From Octopus vulgaris (Eukaryota): 64,000 nucleotides of DNA. The stretch spans positions 75,330,001-75,394,000 of the forward strand of contig OX597824.1 of assembly GCA_951406725.2 (NCBI GenBank), written 5' to 3'. Of the stretch, positions 25,187 to 37,717 are shown piece after piece (within the stretch, counting starts at the first letter, position 1; each line of letters starts with the position of its first letter). The notes beneath the pieces are model-generated. The model did no database searches. It worked only from the letters and a program-made list of their open reading frames with translations, and was not told the origin of the DNA. A program made the translations under genes and the position numbers.

Positions 25187-25888
25187 AAAAGTTTAAAGTT
25201 ATGAATTCGAAAAACATATTTGTTTATCAATGTTAAAAGTTCAAAATTATGAAATAGAAAAACATATTTAAAAGTTTCAATGTTGACAAACTAGAATGTT
25301 TCAATGTTGATAAATTAACATGTTCAAAATAGATAAATTTAGCATTATGAATTAGGAGGACAGGTGTAAGTTTGAATGTTCATAGGAGTTAATAACATTA
25401 AAATTGTATATCAATTTGTTTGAATGTACAAAGTTCATTAATTTTAGTGGTGGTTGACAAGTCATAATGAAAAAAAAAACAAGGGTGAAATGAAAATAGT
25501 AAAAAACGCAATTTGGTTTAGTTTTTCTGATCCTCTTCTAGCAGACGTTTTCGCTTGTAGTGGTATATTTTAGGATCTGATGTATTTATACTTTTTTCCG
25601 CGAGCGGATCTAACTTTTGATTCGTTAAAATACTGGTGACGTTTCTTTTCCGTGGTCAAGTTTGTCGTTCTGCTTGTTCTGCTTGGTTGGTTTTCTTAAA
25701 GGGTCATTTCGTTGTAGTTGTTGAAGCTTGGTTTTGATTGGCCTGGAGTTAGGTGACGTCAGCAACTGGTGTTTGTAAACTTTCATTGGACTAGACGTAG
25801 GTGACGTCGGCAACTGGCGTTTGTATAGTGATTTTGAGTTGCAGTTTCTGAACCCGGATGGATGATTGTTACTAAAGTTTTAAAAAAA

Positions 25889-25990
25889 ACTTTTGTTGTT
25901 CCTGGCTGTTTTTTTTTTTGTGTTGAAATATTTTTTAACTTTTCTTTTTACCTTTCCTGTATATATAAACAGCCAGGAACAACAAAAGTT
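25889..25990. repeat. 24-bp inverted repeat abutting (TA)n
   Basis: aacttttgttgttcctggctgttt / aaacagccaggaacaacaaaagtt. Confidence 0.85.
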
Positions 25991-26143
<153 letters not shown>

Positions 26144-26559
26144 ATGATTACATTGGTGAGATCGATGACCAGACAGGTGAAATTAATGGCATGGTTGAGA
26201 TGGATGGTCAGAGTTGAGAAATCGATTGACAGAGAGGTTAAATTAATAATCATATATATATGTATATATGTGTGTGTGTGTGTGTGCGTATGTGTGTGAT
26301 CCCCCACCACCACCACTGCTTGACAGCCGGTCTCGGTTTTGTTTATGTCTTCGTAACTTTGCGGTTCAACCTAAAGGACCGATGAAATAAGTACCAGACT
26401 TCAAAAAATAAGTACTGTGTCAAATTCTTCGACTAAAACTCCTCAAGCATGGCTGCTACCCAATGACTGAAATAAGTGGAAGAAAAGTAATTCCAAATTC
26501 TAAATCGATAACATTGGCGTGTTGGTTATAAAATCGAAACCGGAAGTATATATCTGAAT

Positions 26560-27190
26560 CTTACCGGTCACGCTATTGATTTCACCTGTCTGGAGGTCGA
26601 TTTTTGTAGTCAGATTATTGATCTCACCTGTCTGGTCATGGATTTTTCCAGTTCGGTGATTGATCTCACGTGTGTGGTTCTCGATCCCACAATCCTTCTT
26701 ATTGATCTCACTTGTCTGATCATCGAATTTTCTGGACTGGTTATTGATCTCGCTTGTCATCGATTTCAACATCCCTGTTATTGATCCCCCCTCTTTAGTA
26801 ATCGATTTCATTGGTCTTTCTATCGATTTCACCTGTCCCCGCAATTGATTTGGCCAGTCTAGTATCGATCTCATTTATCTGGTAATCGATTTCTTCGGTT
26901 CAGTTATTGATTTAACCTCTCTGTCAATCGATTTCTCAAGTCTGGCCATCGATCTCACAGCCTTGCCATTAATCTCACCTGTCTGGTCATCGATCACATT
27001 CATATAATCACTGAGATCACCTTTATTATTATCGATTTCTCTTGTCTTGTTATTGATCTCCCATGTCTGGTCATCGATCTCACCAATGTAATCATAGTGA
27101 TTACCTGCAATGTTATTCATCTTACCAAGTCTAGTTATTGATCGCACCAGTTCAGCCATCGATTTCCCCAGTCTAGCCGCCGAGCTCATC
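26560..27190 (-). repeat. Degenerate 21-bp tandem repeat (gagatcgatgaccagacaggt-like)
   Basis: Translates in patches as the heptad EIDDQTG/EINNxTG, with frameshifts and stops. An inverted partial copy lies at 26141-26250. Confidence 0.75.
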
Positions 27191-27508
27191 AGTCTGAGAG
27201 AGTCAGGTAAAGTTCATGGGTATTGCCCTCCTCCTGTTCCTCCTCCTCCTGTTCCTCTCCCTCCTCTAAAATATAACAGCAAAAACAACAGCAACGAAAA
27301 CAGGAACTAGAAATAACAGTTATAATGGCGGTCATTTAAGCGATGTCCTTTTTCATATGTGATGTAGTGGGGTTGCAAATTTTGATTTGTGCATATTAAT
27401 TTCCATTATGTCCTTTATATAGTATCAAAATTTCATGCATTTATTTGAGAAGTTAAGAAAGTTATTAAAAATTGAAACCCAATAGTGACTTTTGGAACAC
27501 CGTGTATG

Positions 27509-27539
<31 letters not shown>

Positions 27540-27739
27540 GTATATTATTTTTTTCACTTGTTTCAGTCATTTGATTGCGGCCATGCTGGAGTACCGTCTT
27601 GAAGGATGTTTTTTTTTCGTAGAATAAATCAACCCTAGGACTTATTTCTTAAGCCTAGTACTTATTTTATCGGTCTGTTTTACCGAACCGCATATACTTA
27701 TACAAATGCGCGCGCGCGTACACGCACACACACACACAC

Positions 27740-27791
<52 letters not shown>

Positions 27792-27852
27792 GTTGTTGTG
27801 TCTGGGGAGAATAATTTTCTTTTTGTGCCTTATAATGTAACACACTCACCGG

Positions 27853-27940
27853 TAAAATTTTCGTTGCGTCTTGCAACCTTTTCAATAGTCTTGACTAGTC
27901 AAGACTATTGAAAAGGTTGCAAGACGCAACGAAAATTTTA
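27853..27940. repeat. Perfect 88-bp spacerless palindrome with a hammerhead-like core on each strand
   Basis: 44-bp arms centred at 27896/27897; each strand reads cta-TTGAAAA-G-GTTGC aagac GCAAC-GAAA-AT-TT-ta. Confidence 0.9.
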
Positions 27941-28091
27941 GGAAAATAAAAATAAGAAATAAGTGGAAATTTTACCGGTGAGTGTAAAATTATAAAACAC
28001 AAAAAGAAAATGACTCTCCCCAGACACAACAGAATATGCTTCAACACGTGAACTCATATAAAGAATCTTGCAAAGCAAATCCAGAAACGAA

Positions 28092-28170
<79 letters not shown>

Positions 28171-28171
<1 letters not shown>

Positions 28172-30120
28172 GCTGGTTGTCTACTCCTTATGCAGAGTTT
28201 GACCACCTCCTGTACCTATACCTTAGAATCATCATGGCATCTGATGTGGCTTTTTAAACCAGACGATGTCTTGAAAAGATACCCACATAGATTGCATATC
28301 CGATTTGGACCACCAAGAGCTGCAGTTAAGTTCAAATCTTTGTGGATCTTAAAATATCTTTTGAGACCTCCGTTAGATTTGCAGACCTTCTGGCATACAT
28401 TTCATAGAAGGGTGTGCACAGACATATAGGCAGAATAGTTGGTGGAGGTTCGTTTTCCATAGATTCGCAAATGAGATTTGAGCCTAGCAAAAGAAAGGCA
28501 TTGTCTGTCACAAACTCTGCACACAAAAAGATCATTGTAATTCACCTTCTCGATTGTAAGATTCTTCGTAAAATTTCTCTTGAGTCTTGCATGCGTTATC
28601 CTTGCCTCGTCAAACGATTTCACTCCACTTCACACTTTTGTTCGCCATCCAGCTCGATCTATGTCCTCTGGATCCATTCCAAGTGACTTCATCATAGTCC
28701 TTATGCTGTCCTTAAACTTTTTATAGGTTTTCACCGATAGTGTTTCGCCTCCGCAAGCTCACCATAAAACAGCTGTTTGGTCGTACGTTCATCTGCCATT
28801 TGAACAATATGGCCTCACCATCTCATTTGGTTTTTCAAAATCATAGCTTTGATTGAGGTGATACCTGCAGATGCAAGGACATCTGTGTTGGGAGTAATAG
28901 AGCTGCATTTAATGTTTAAAATACGATGAAAGCATTTTTGTTGGAATTGTTCTAAAAATTTTAAATGTCTTTCATAACATGTTCATGTTTCCCAAGAATA
29001 CAACAGGGATGGTAAGACAAATGATTTGTAAAGAGCCAATTTTGTATTGTCATTTATATATCGTTGGCGCCAAACGCGTGACTCCAAGCCACCAAATGCT
29101 TTTGCTGCCCTTTGAATTCGCAGATGTATTTCTGTATCCAGATTTCCATCATTTTGTACAGAGCTTCCAAACAGCCTCATGTAACTTACCCTTAACAAAA
29201 ATTTTAGTGGGGTCGCAAACAGCACCACATGCAGGTTGATATATTACAGACGTTTTTTTTTTTTTTCAAGTTGATGGTAAAGCCAAAATCATCACAAGCT
29301 GAGTCAAATGCAGATACAAGAGATTGCAGACCTGTTTCAGAATGACTGACTAGATCGCAATCGTAAGCGTATAAGAGTTCTCTAATCAGTGAAGCAAAAT
29401 CTTTCGTTTTGAATTTCAGTCTGGTCAGATTAAAAACATTCCTGTTGTTCGATATTTTATGTAAATACCCTCCTCAGAGTTTTGAAAAGCGTGTGACATC
29501 ACAACAGCAAAGTATATTGCAAAGAGGGTGCGTTTTGGTCTCCTTGCTTAACTCCATTTTCCACGGTAAAAGATTCAGAGAGCCTACCACCAAAATTAAC
29601 TCTAACTTTCATATCTTGATGCAAAGCCCTGATCATGTTTACAAATTTTTCTGGGCAACCTATTTTCCTTAGAATTAGCCACAGAGCATTTCGATTAACA
29701 GTATCGAATGCTTTACTCAAATCAACAAAGCAATGGTATAGAGCAAGATTCTGTTCAATGCAATTTTCTTGAAAATAGTAAAGATACAATCAGATGTGTT
29801 CCTGGAGGAGCGAAAACCAGACTGAGACTCAGACACCATATTTGAAACTATGAAGGTATTTAAACGTTCTACCAAAATGCGGGCAAGTACCTTTCCAACC
29901 ACAGACAGAAGTGAAATCCCACGAAAATTATCTCACAGATCCTTTGGCCCCGATTTATACAGAGACTAAAATAACATCAACCCAGTGTTGAGGCACTTTC
30001 TCAGTTCTCTAACAGTGACAAATTAATATATTTAAGAGTTCAAACATTTTGTCACCCCCATATTTCAAAACTTCTGCACATATTTCATAAGACCCTGGAG
30101 ACTTATTGTTATTCAGCTTA
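28171..30120 (-). mobile_element. Decayed, 5'-truncated RTE-clade LINE (RT domain plus C-terminal C2H2 fingers)
   Basis: SESQSGFRSSRNTSDCIF, FVDLSKAFDTVNRNALW, NGVKQG, LLYAYDCDL, EIHLRIQRAAKAFG, LPSLLYSWET; multiple frameshifts and stops. Confidence 0.9.
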
Positions 30121-30664
30121 TTCCTGTGCTTATATCATAACGTGTCTTTTTGATTAAGAGAAACGAGGCTTACTTTTACGGTTATGTTTATTGCAAATAT
30201 CTACTATAATATGGGATTACAAATATATATCGTACTAGCATTTATTATACAATATATATTATACTGTAGTATTACAAATATATATTATACAACTGTATTA
30301 CAAATATGTATTATTCTATCGTTATACAGGCATATGTTATACTATGTTACGTTTTATTTTCAAAGGGAAAGAAACTGAAAGCCTTCTCACCTCGGCCTGG
30401 CAGAATCATAGCACGCAGGAAAAAATATTTACGTTCTGAGATCAAATCCCGCCGAGGTCAGCTGTGCCTTTCATCAATAAAAATAAAGCCCCAAACTAGC
30501 ACCAGGGACCATGTAATTAAGCAAGTCGCCTTCACTAAAAAAAACTGCTGACCTTGTGCTAAAATTTGATATGGTTATAAAGTAAATAAAATAAAATAAA
30601 AAATAAGATAAATTACATAATTACATTAATAGTTAAAATAAAATGCAAAATAAATAATATATTT

Positions 30665-31025
30665 GGAGTCCTTGGCACTGCATAGTGCCAAGGACTCCAA
30701 ATTTGCCATCAAGATGTAGGACAAGATACTGTGATAGCCTGGGCTTCAGAGGTCCACATCACTTCAATATCCTCCCGAAGGACCTGAGAGACCTGCATGA
30801 GGTGGATGCAGATGTCTTTAAAATAAAACTGGATCTCTTCCTGTCAAGTGTCCCAGATGAACCAACTTCACAGCAAGAGGTGCAGATGAGGGCAGCTGCA
30901 TCAAACTCTCTCATGCACCAAATGTCAATTGCTAAAAAGCATTCGTGACGTAAAATCATGTAGCAACACCGAATGGCGGTGTCCCAGTATGGCCACAGCT
31001 CGTGAGCTGAAACTAGATAAAATGA
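30665..31025 (+). mobile_element. CR1/L2-like LINE 3' end with 3' UTR
   Basis: RYCDSLGFRGPHHFNILPKDLRDLHEVDADVFKIKLDLFLSSVPDEP; tail homologous to the CORE-SINE tail. Confidence 0.7.
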
Positions 31026-31591
31026 AAAAAAAAAAATGAAATATAAATAAATTTAAATATGCATATTTTATGCATCTTTTCTCTTAATCTCAAATGTAAA
31101 CTTCTGATTCCGCCAAATGTTATGAAGAAATTATTATCTCTCTTCCGTTAACTGTTCGCTAGGTTACATTACATGTTTCAAGGAAAGAAAAAAATCAAAC
31201 TGGGTAAAATAAAAGAAAAAATTTAAAGAACTGAGACGACATCCAAAAAGGAAAACGATATACTGAAAAAAACTGACCAGAAACCATAAACTAGAAAAAA
31301 ATATTTTTTTTAAAAAGATGATTGGATAGAAAATGAAAGAGAAAGTTAAAAAAAAAAAAAAGAAAAAACGAGATACACACGGTTTACATCTGACATTTTG
31401 GAAATATTGCGTGAAAAATATAATTTGGTGAAGTTGATTTTATTAAAAACCAAACTCAAACTTGACGTTTTTAAACAAGAAATAATAAATAAATTGACAT
31501 AGGTCCGTTGACACCTTCCATTCACAATATCATCTTCGTAGACTTCCATTTAAAGAGACGCTATATAATATATATATATGTATGTATACAG

Positions 31592-31635
<44 letters not shown>

Positions 31636-32115
31636 ATCTATAGGTAGTTACATATATTGCTTACACCAAATGAATTTAGAATTATAGAGATATGAAATAT
31701 ATCGTGTTTTTTTTCTTTTGACCCTGGAACTCGAAGTAGATAAGACTATAAATAAAAGCATGTAGAATTTGGTATTAAGAACACTCATGTGATGGAAAAA
31801 TTCGAAGGGTCGCCGTGAAACTAGAACCCACCTCTTCAGTAAACACGATACTATACAAAAGCAACTCTACAAGTTTTGACCTTACCAACGATATTTTTCA
31901 CATCTCTCGAAATTTCTAAATTCTTTTGGCGTAAATAAAATACAATCCTGGAAAGTAAGAACAAGCAACACTTCTTAAATGGATGGAGGAAATTCGCTGG
32001 GTTGTTTTGATATAATGGTAGAACATTTGTCATATTTACACAAGTTATGAGTTCAAGTCCTACGGACAACCTACAATATTTTTTTTCCTTCCAAACTTGA
32101 TATTCTACACGTTAT

Positions 32116-32310
32116 TAAGGCGGTGAGAAGGCAGAATCATTAGGACACCAGGCAAAATACTTAGCGGCATTTCGTCCGACTTTATGTTCTGAGTTCAAAT
32201 CCCGCCGAGGTCGACTTTGCCTTTCATTCTTTCGGGGTCGACTTACCCATTCTCCCGAACTTGCTGGCTTTGTGCCAAAATTTGAAATCAGTATTCTGCA
32301 CCCTATTATT
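32116..32310 (+). mobile_element. SINE of the 6832/59773 family, internally deleted
   Basis: aaggcggtgagaaggcagaatcattag...gccgaggtcgactttgcctttc. Confidence 0.75.
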
Positions 32311-32698
32311 TCAAGCTTTATCTCCTTCGAGTTGTCAATACCGCTGAGGTCAACTTGACTTTTGTCCTTCCAGAGCCTATTAAAGTAAACCATCAGCCCC
32401 GCCCCATGGATTGGAAGAATTCTTAAGACGCGGAACAAAATGGATTACAGTATTTGCTTCGGCTCTTTGCATCCTGTGTGTCCTGGCAGGTGTGATGATA
32501 TTGTCTGTATTTGGCCGACAAGGTGGCATCTCGTAAAAATCATCCAAAAGCATGTAACATGAAACCAACTTTATGTTCTTATATTTCGGGACGGTCATCT
32601 TTTTTTTTTCTTGCCAAAGAAACACACACACACACACGCACACAATATATTCGTTCTTCACTCGTTTATTATTGTTTTTATCTTATATTATGTCCATT

Positions 32699-32741
32699 GT
32701 CTTGAAATCTTTCGTCACGCATCTGTGACCTCATCAGCGAC
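32699..32741 (-). ncRNA. Hammerhead motif (family D) with canonical core
   Basis: Minus strand reads GTCg-CTGATGA-G-GTCAC agatgc GTGAC-GAAA-GATT-TC-aaGAC; stem I is imperfect. Confidence 0.6.
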
Positions 32742-32959
32742 TAAACGTAACAACTTTATGTTCGTCTAAGAAAATTCCTTGATAAAGAGTATAGCGCTTC
32801 TCAAGGAAGTTTTAAGGGTGTTGATGGTGTACAAAGGATGGGTGTTAAGAATATTGTGCTTGATGGATCGCTCTCGCCTTCGCTTATTTACTCACCCACT
32901 TATTCTCATTTACTCGCTTGCCTGTTCGCCTATTCACCCACTCTCTCGATAAGTGACTG

Positions 32960-33200
32960 AATGACTGACTGGCCGACTCACTCATTTACTCACTCACTCA
33001 TTCACTCACTCACTCATTCACTCACTCGCTGATTCACTGACTGACTGACTGACTCATTCATTCACTCACTCACTCACTCACTCACTCATTCACTCACTCA
33101 CTCACTCATTTATTCACTCACTCACACACTCACTCACTCACTCACCCACTCATTTATTCACTCACTCACTCACTCACTCACTCACTCACTCAGTAATTCA
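32960..33200. repeat. (TCAC)n microsatellite
   Basis: Directly visible. Confidence 0.95.
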
Positions 33201-33406
33201 TTCACTTACTGACATACATACTCATTTGCACTCGCACTCACTTCTTCACTTACCCACTCACTCACGAACAGTACCCTCTCACATCCACTCATTCACTCTG
33301 TCACTCAAAAACACACGCATTCACTGTCGCTCACTCACCCACTCACCAACACATACACACATAAACACACACATAAACACGCACATAAATACACACACAG
33401 ACACGG

Positions 33407-33471
<65 letters not shown>

Positions 33472-33907
33472 CAGTCACATACACAAACACATTAAAACAA
33501 ACACATACACACATTCAACACTCAACGTCACCAGTCTAATCACATTTCAGTCACTTAATTATTTCCTCATTTTTCGTCTCTTTGCAATCGATTCGTCACG
33601 TAAACTAAATAATATCAAACATTATCGATTGATTTCTCAGACTAAATAACTTTAATTTTTAACACTGTGTCACATATTTATTCTTCTCTCGAAATTTCAT
33701 AGTCGTTGCTGCCTAACCTCGGATCAGCCCTTACTGAGCAAACCCATGACGAATGGCGTCTCAGCTGTGTCCATCCGTCATTTCAGGAGCATCTACGACT
33801 GCATTGTTTAATGCAGCAGTCGATAATAAGTGAGCACAATGAATGATTCCACATCTGGACCGTTCATGTGCTCTCTTTGTTTTGTTTTTTTTCTTTGCGC
33901 CCTTTTA

Positions 33908-34392
33908 AAGCTTAGCCAGGCTCATGGGCCCGGTTTCCCGGTTTCTATGGCGTATGTGTTCCCCAGCTGGACGGGACGCCAATCCATCGCAGCGTTACTC
34001 ATTTTTGCCAGCTGAGTGGACTGGAGCAACGTGAAATGAAGTGTTTTGCTCAAGAACACAACGCATCGACCGATCCAGGAACGAAACCACAACATTACGA
34101 TCATGAATTCAACACCCTAACCACTAAGCCACGCGCCCCCACAAAATGTTCCTTCTCAGCCATGCCAGACTCATAAGGGCCGGTTTCCCGGTTTAAGTGG
34201 CATAGAAATTCCCCACCTGGACGGGATGCCGGTCCGTCACAGGATAACTCATTTTTGCCAGCTGAGTGGACTGGAGCAACGTAAAATGAAGTGTTTTGCT
34301 CAAGAACACAACGCATCGCCCGATCCAGGAGCGAAACCACAACATTACGATCATGAATTCAACACCCTAACCATTAAGTCACACGTCTTTAC
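33908..34392 (-). mobile_element. Tandem dimer of a tRNA-derived SINE with a V-domain-like core
   Basis: Two units of about 240 bp; minus strand reads gcgatggattggcgtcccgtccag and gaaaccgggaaaccggg. Confidence 0.75.
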
Positions 34393-34547
34393 TTCATGTG
34401 CTCTTAGTGGGCTTTTAAGATGCTTTCAGTGGATCTCTTTTCTAGAATATCTTTTCTTTTTAAATTAAGGCTGCGACGAGCTAGCAGAAACGTTAGCGCG
34501 CCAGATGAAATGCTTCCCAGTATTTCATCTGTCTTTAAGGTTTATTA

Positions 34548-34711
34548 GGTGCAGGAGTGGCTGTGTGGTAAAAGTAGCTTGCTTACCAATCACATGGTTC
34601 CGGGTTCATTCCCACTGCGTGGTACCTTGGGCAAGTGTCTTCTACTATAGCCTCGGGCCGACCAAAGCCTTGTGAGTGGATTTGGTAGACGGAAACTGAA
34701 AGAAGCCCGTC

Positions 34712-34773
<62 letters not shown>

Positions 34774-35495
34774 GTATATGTAAAAAAATACAAACTGGGA
34801 CAAGAACGTAAAACATTTAGAAAACGATACAAAAAACACGGACGGAACATTCGAAGCCTTCAATCTTCAGTCAAGAACCGGATCATCCTCGCAATTTCGG
34901 CTGATTAATCTTGAGATTGCTCCGACCTGGCCAGCCCCAAAGGAAAATCTAAGCCAAGCGCATTAGATTCCTTGGAAGAAAGCCTCGAATGTATACAAAA
35001 CAAGGACGGGAACGAATAAGAATACAAAAATACGTAAAAACAATAATGATAACACGAATAAGAATACGAAAATACGTAAAAACCATAATGATAATAATAA
35101 TAACAAAAACAGGACGTCACAGACAGGCGTGTTTTCGACAGGACGGGTGAACTTGAGCTGGCGCATTAGAAAAATGCCTTGGGGCAAAGAGAGAAAAAAT
35201 GCGTCTATCCTCGGCGGCTGCTGACCACGAAAAGGACAGCAGTCCAAAGTTAGTCACATATGTGTGTGTGTGTGTGTATGTTTGTGTGTCTGTGTTTGTC
35301 CTCCAGCATCGCTTGACAACAGATGGTGGTGTGTTTACGTTCCCGTAACTTAGCGGTTCGGCAAAAGGGTCCGATAGAATACGTACTAAACTTACAAAGA
35401 ATAAGTCCTGGGGTCGATTTGCTCGACTAAAGGCAGTGCTCCAGCATGGCCACAGTCAAATGACTGAAACAAGTAAAAGAGTAAAGAGTAAAGGG
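34548..35495 (+). mobile_element. CORE-type SINE with a family-B repeat inserted in its internal (TA)n
   Basis: 5' half 34548-34712, insert about 34785-35255, 3' half 35280-35495. Confidence 0.8.
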
Positions 35496-35503
35496 TAACA
35501 TAT

Positions 35504-35540
<37 letters not shown>

Positions 35541-35752
35541 AATGCCTGTGCGCGCGTAAGTGTGAATGTGTGTAAATGTGTGCGTGTGTATGTGCGTGAA
35601 TGCTCATGTGTGTGTGTGAATGTGTGTGTGTGTTTGTCTTTATGTTCAAACTTCTCCCCACCCCACCCGCCACCTCCGCTTAACAACCGGTGCTGGTTAG
35701 AGCACCAACATGGCAGAGACCTCATAGAGTAAAACGAGTAAAAATGAAATAA

Positions 35753-36142
35753 TCTTTATATATAAAAGTGAAGTGTCTGTCTCCCACGATTTAGATTCCT
35801 AACTACTCCCACATTTTGCGGTGCAGTTTAACCAAAAGTGGGTATCTTATAGTCGTAATTCATATCGAACCCTTCTGAGTATTAGCGCGCGTCTACGATG
35901 AGTCTACGATTTAAAAAAAAATTACCATCATTTTTTCCATTTTAATGCATTTTTTCGCTATTATATAAGGGAAGTAACTCTCTAAAAATGTCTACGATGA
36001 GTCAACGATTGAAAAAATAATTACCATAATTTTTTTTCCATTTTTAATGCATTTTTTTGCTATTTTTTGGCTATAACTCTCTAAAAATGCTTATATAGTT
36101 ATTTCCCTTACAAACCCGAGCAACGCCGGGCGATACTGCTAG
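35753..36142 (+). mobile_element. Non-autonomous Helitron
   Basis: A|TC 5' end; subterminal hairpin cccgagcaacgccggg; CTAG|T 3' end; no TSD; second copy at 37022. Confidence 0.85.
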
Positions 36143-36364
36143 TATAAAATAAAATAGAATAAAGAGATACGACTATATTCCTCGAATACCATATGGGAAC
36201 CACTCAATTCACCCGAGCCGCAAAGCAATATGCTTTGCTTGCTCGATAATGAAGTTTAGGTAATGTGTTACGAATTTGAATGAATTGTGGGAGTACAACA
36301 GGACTCAAGATGTTAATAGACTAATGTGGAAAAGGCTTTCATTTCCGTATAGTGATATTTATAA

Positions 36365-36740
36365 TGGAGGCGCAATAGCCCAGTGGTTAGGGCAGCGGAC
36401 TCGCGGTCGTAGGATCGCGGTTTCGAATCCCAGACCGGGCGTTGTGAGTGTTTATTGAGCGAAAACACCTAAAGCTCCACGACGCTCCGGCAGGGGATGG
36501 TGGTGATCCCTGCTGTACTCTTTCACCACAACTTTCTCTCACTCTTACTTCCTGTTTCTGTTGTACCTGTATTTCAAAGGGCCGGCCTTGTCACTCTCTG
36601 TGTCACGCTGAATATCCCCGAGAACTACGTTAAGGGTACACGTGTCTGTGGAGTGCTCACGTTAATTTCACGAGAAGGCTGTTCCGTTGATCGGATCAAC
36701 CGGAACCCTCGTCGTCGTAACCGACGGAGTGCTTCCATCC
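36365..36740 (+). mobile_element. Full-length tRNA-derived SINE (15168 family)
   Basis: High identity to the 15168 copy; TSD ATTTATAA. Confidence 0.9.
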
Positions 36741-37021
36741 ATTTATAAATGAGATAATCCTTGGACGCACAAATGCTGATCTGTTATTTGTGAAGACTTA
36801 GAGCCTACTTTTATACAAGTTCATGCCTTATGTGTGTATATGCATAACTGATCGTGTAAATTCACTGGAAGATGCTCATATACACAAATATATTCAAATA
36901 TTATTGAATCATATTAATACTATATTGTGTACGATATATGTAACTTTCAGTAATTAACAGTTGACATTGATGCTTTGGAATAACTCTGATTTGTAATAAA
37001 GCCTATTCAATCCGTCTCATA

Positions 37022-37207
37022 TCTTTGTATATAAAAGTGAAGTTGTGTGTCTGTCTCCTACGATTTAGATTCCTAACTACTCCCACATTTTGCGGTGCAG
37101 TTTAACCAAAACCGGGTATATTATAGTCGTGATTCATATCGAGCCCTTCTGGGTATTAGCGCGCGTCTACGATTTAAAAAAAAATTTACCATCATTTTTT
37201 CCATTTT
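37022..37207 (+). mobile_element. Helitron 5' fragment
   Basis: Matches 35753-35943. Confidence 0.8.
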
Positions 37208-37380
37208 GCCACAAGAGAAATTTTCCCTCACAGTAACTGCAGTGTATTTGCCTTTAGCAGTTTAAATATGTGACGAATGACCCATCCTTGTTTTTTTGGG
37301 TTTTTTTGTATCGTCTATCTGGATGTTGTCTAATAGTGGTTTTATCTCTAATTTAATTTATATTTATACTGTGAAATTTG

Positions 37381-37643
37381 ATTTAATCCTAAATCTAATT
37401 TTTCCCTGTAAGTTTGGATATATTCCCTAATATTATTGTTATTATCTATATGAAACATATAGCCCGGATCTTATCTACTCCATTCCTTAACTCTTATATA
37501 TATATATATATATGTATATGTATATATATATATAAGAGTTAAGGAATGGAGTAGATAAGATCCGGGCTATATGTTTCATATATATAATAACAATAATATT
37601 AGGGAATATATCCAAACTTACAGGGAAAAATTAGATTTAGGAT

Positions 37644-37648
<5 letters not shown>
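37381..37648. repeat. Near-perfect inverted repeat with about 115-bp arms and a (TA)n spacer
   Basis: Arms at 37381-37497 and 37532-37648; a third partial copy at 37713-37761. Confidence 0.9.
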
Positions 37649-37717
<69 letters not shown>

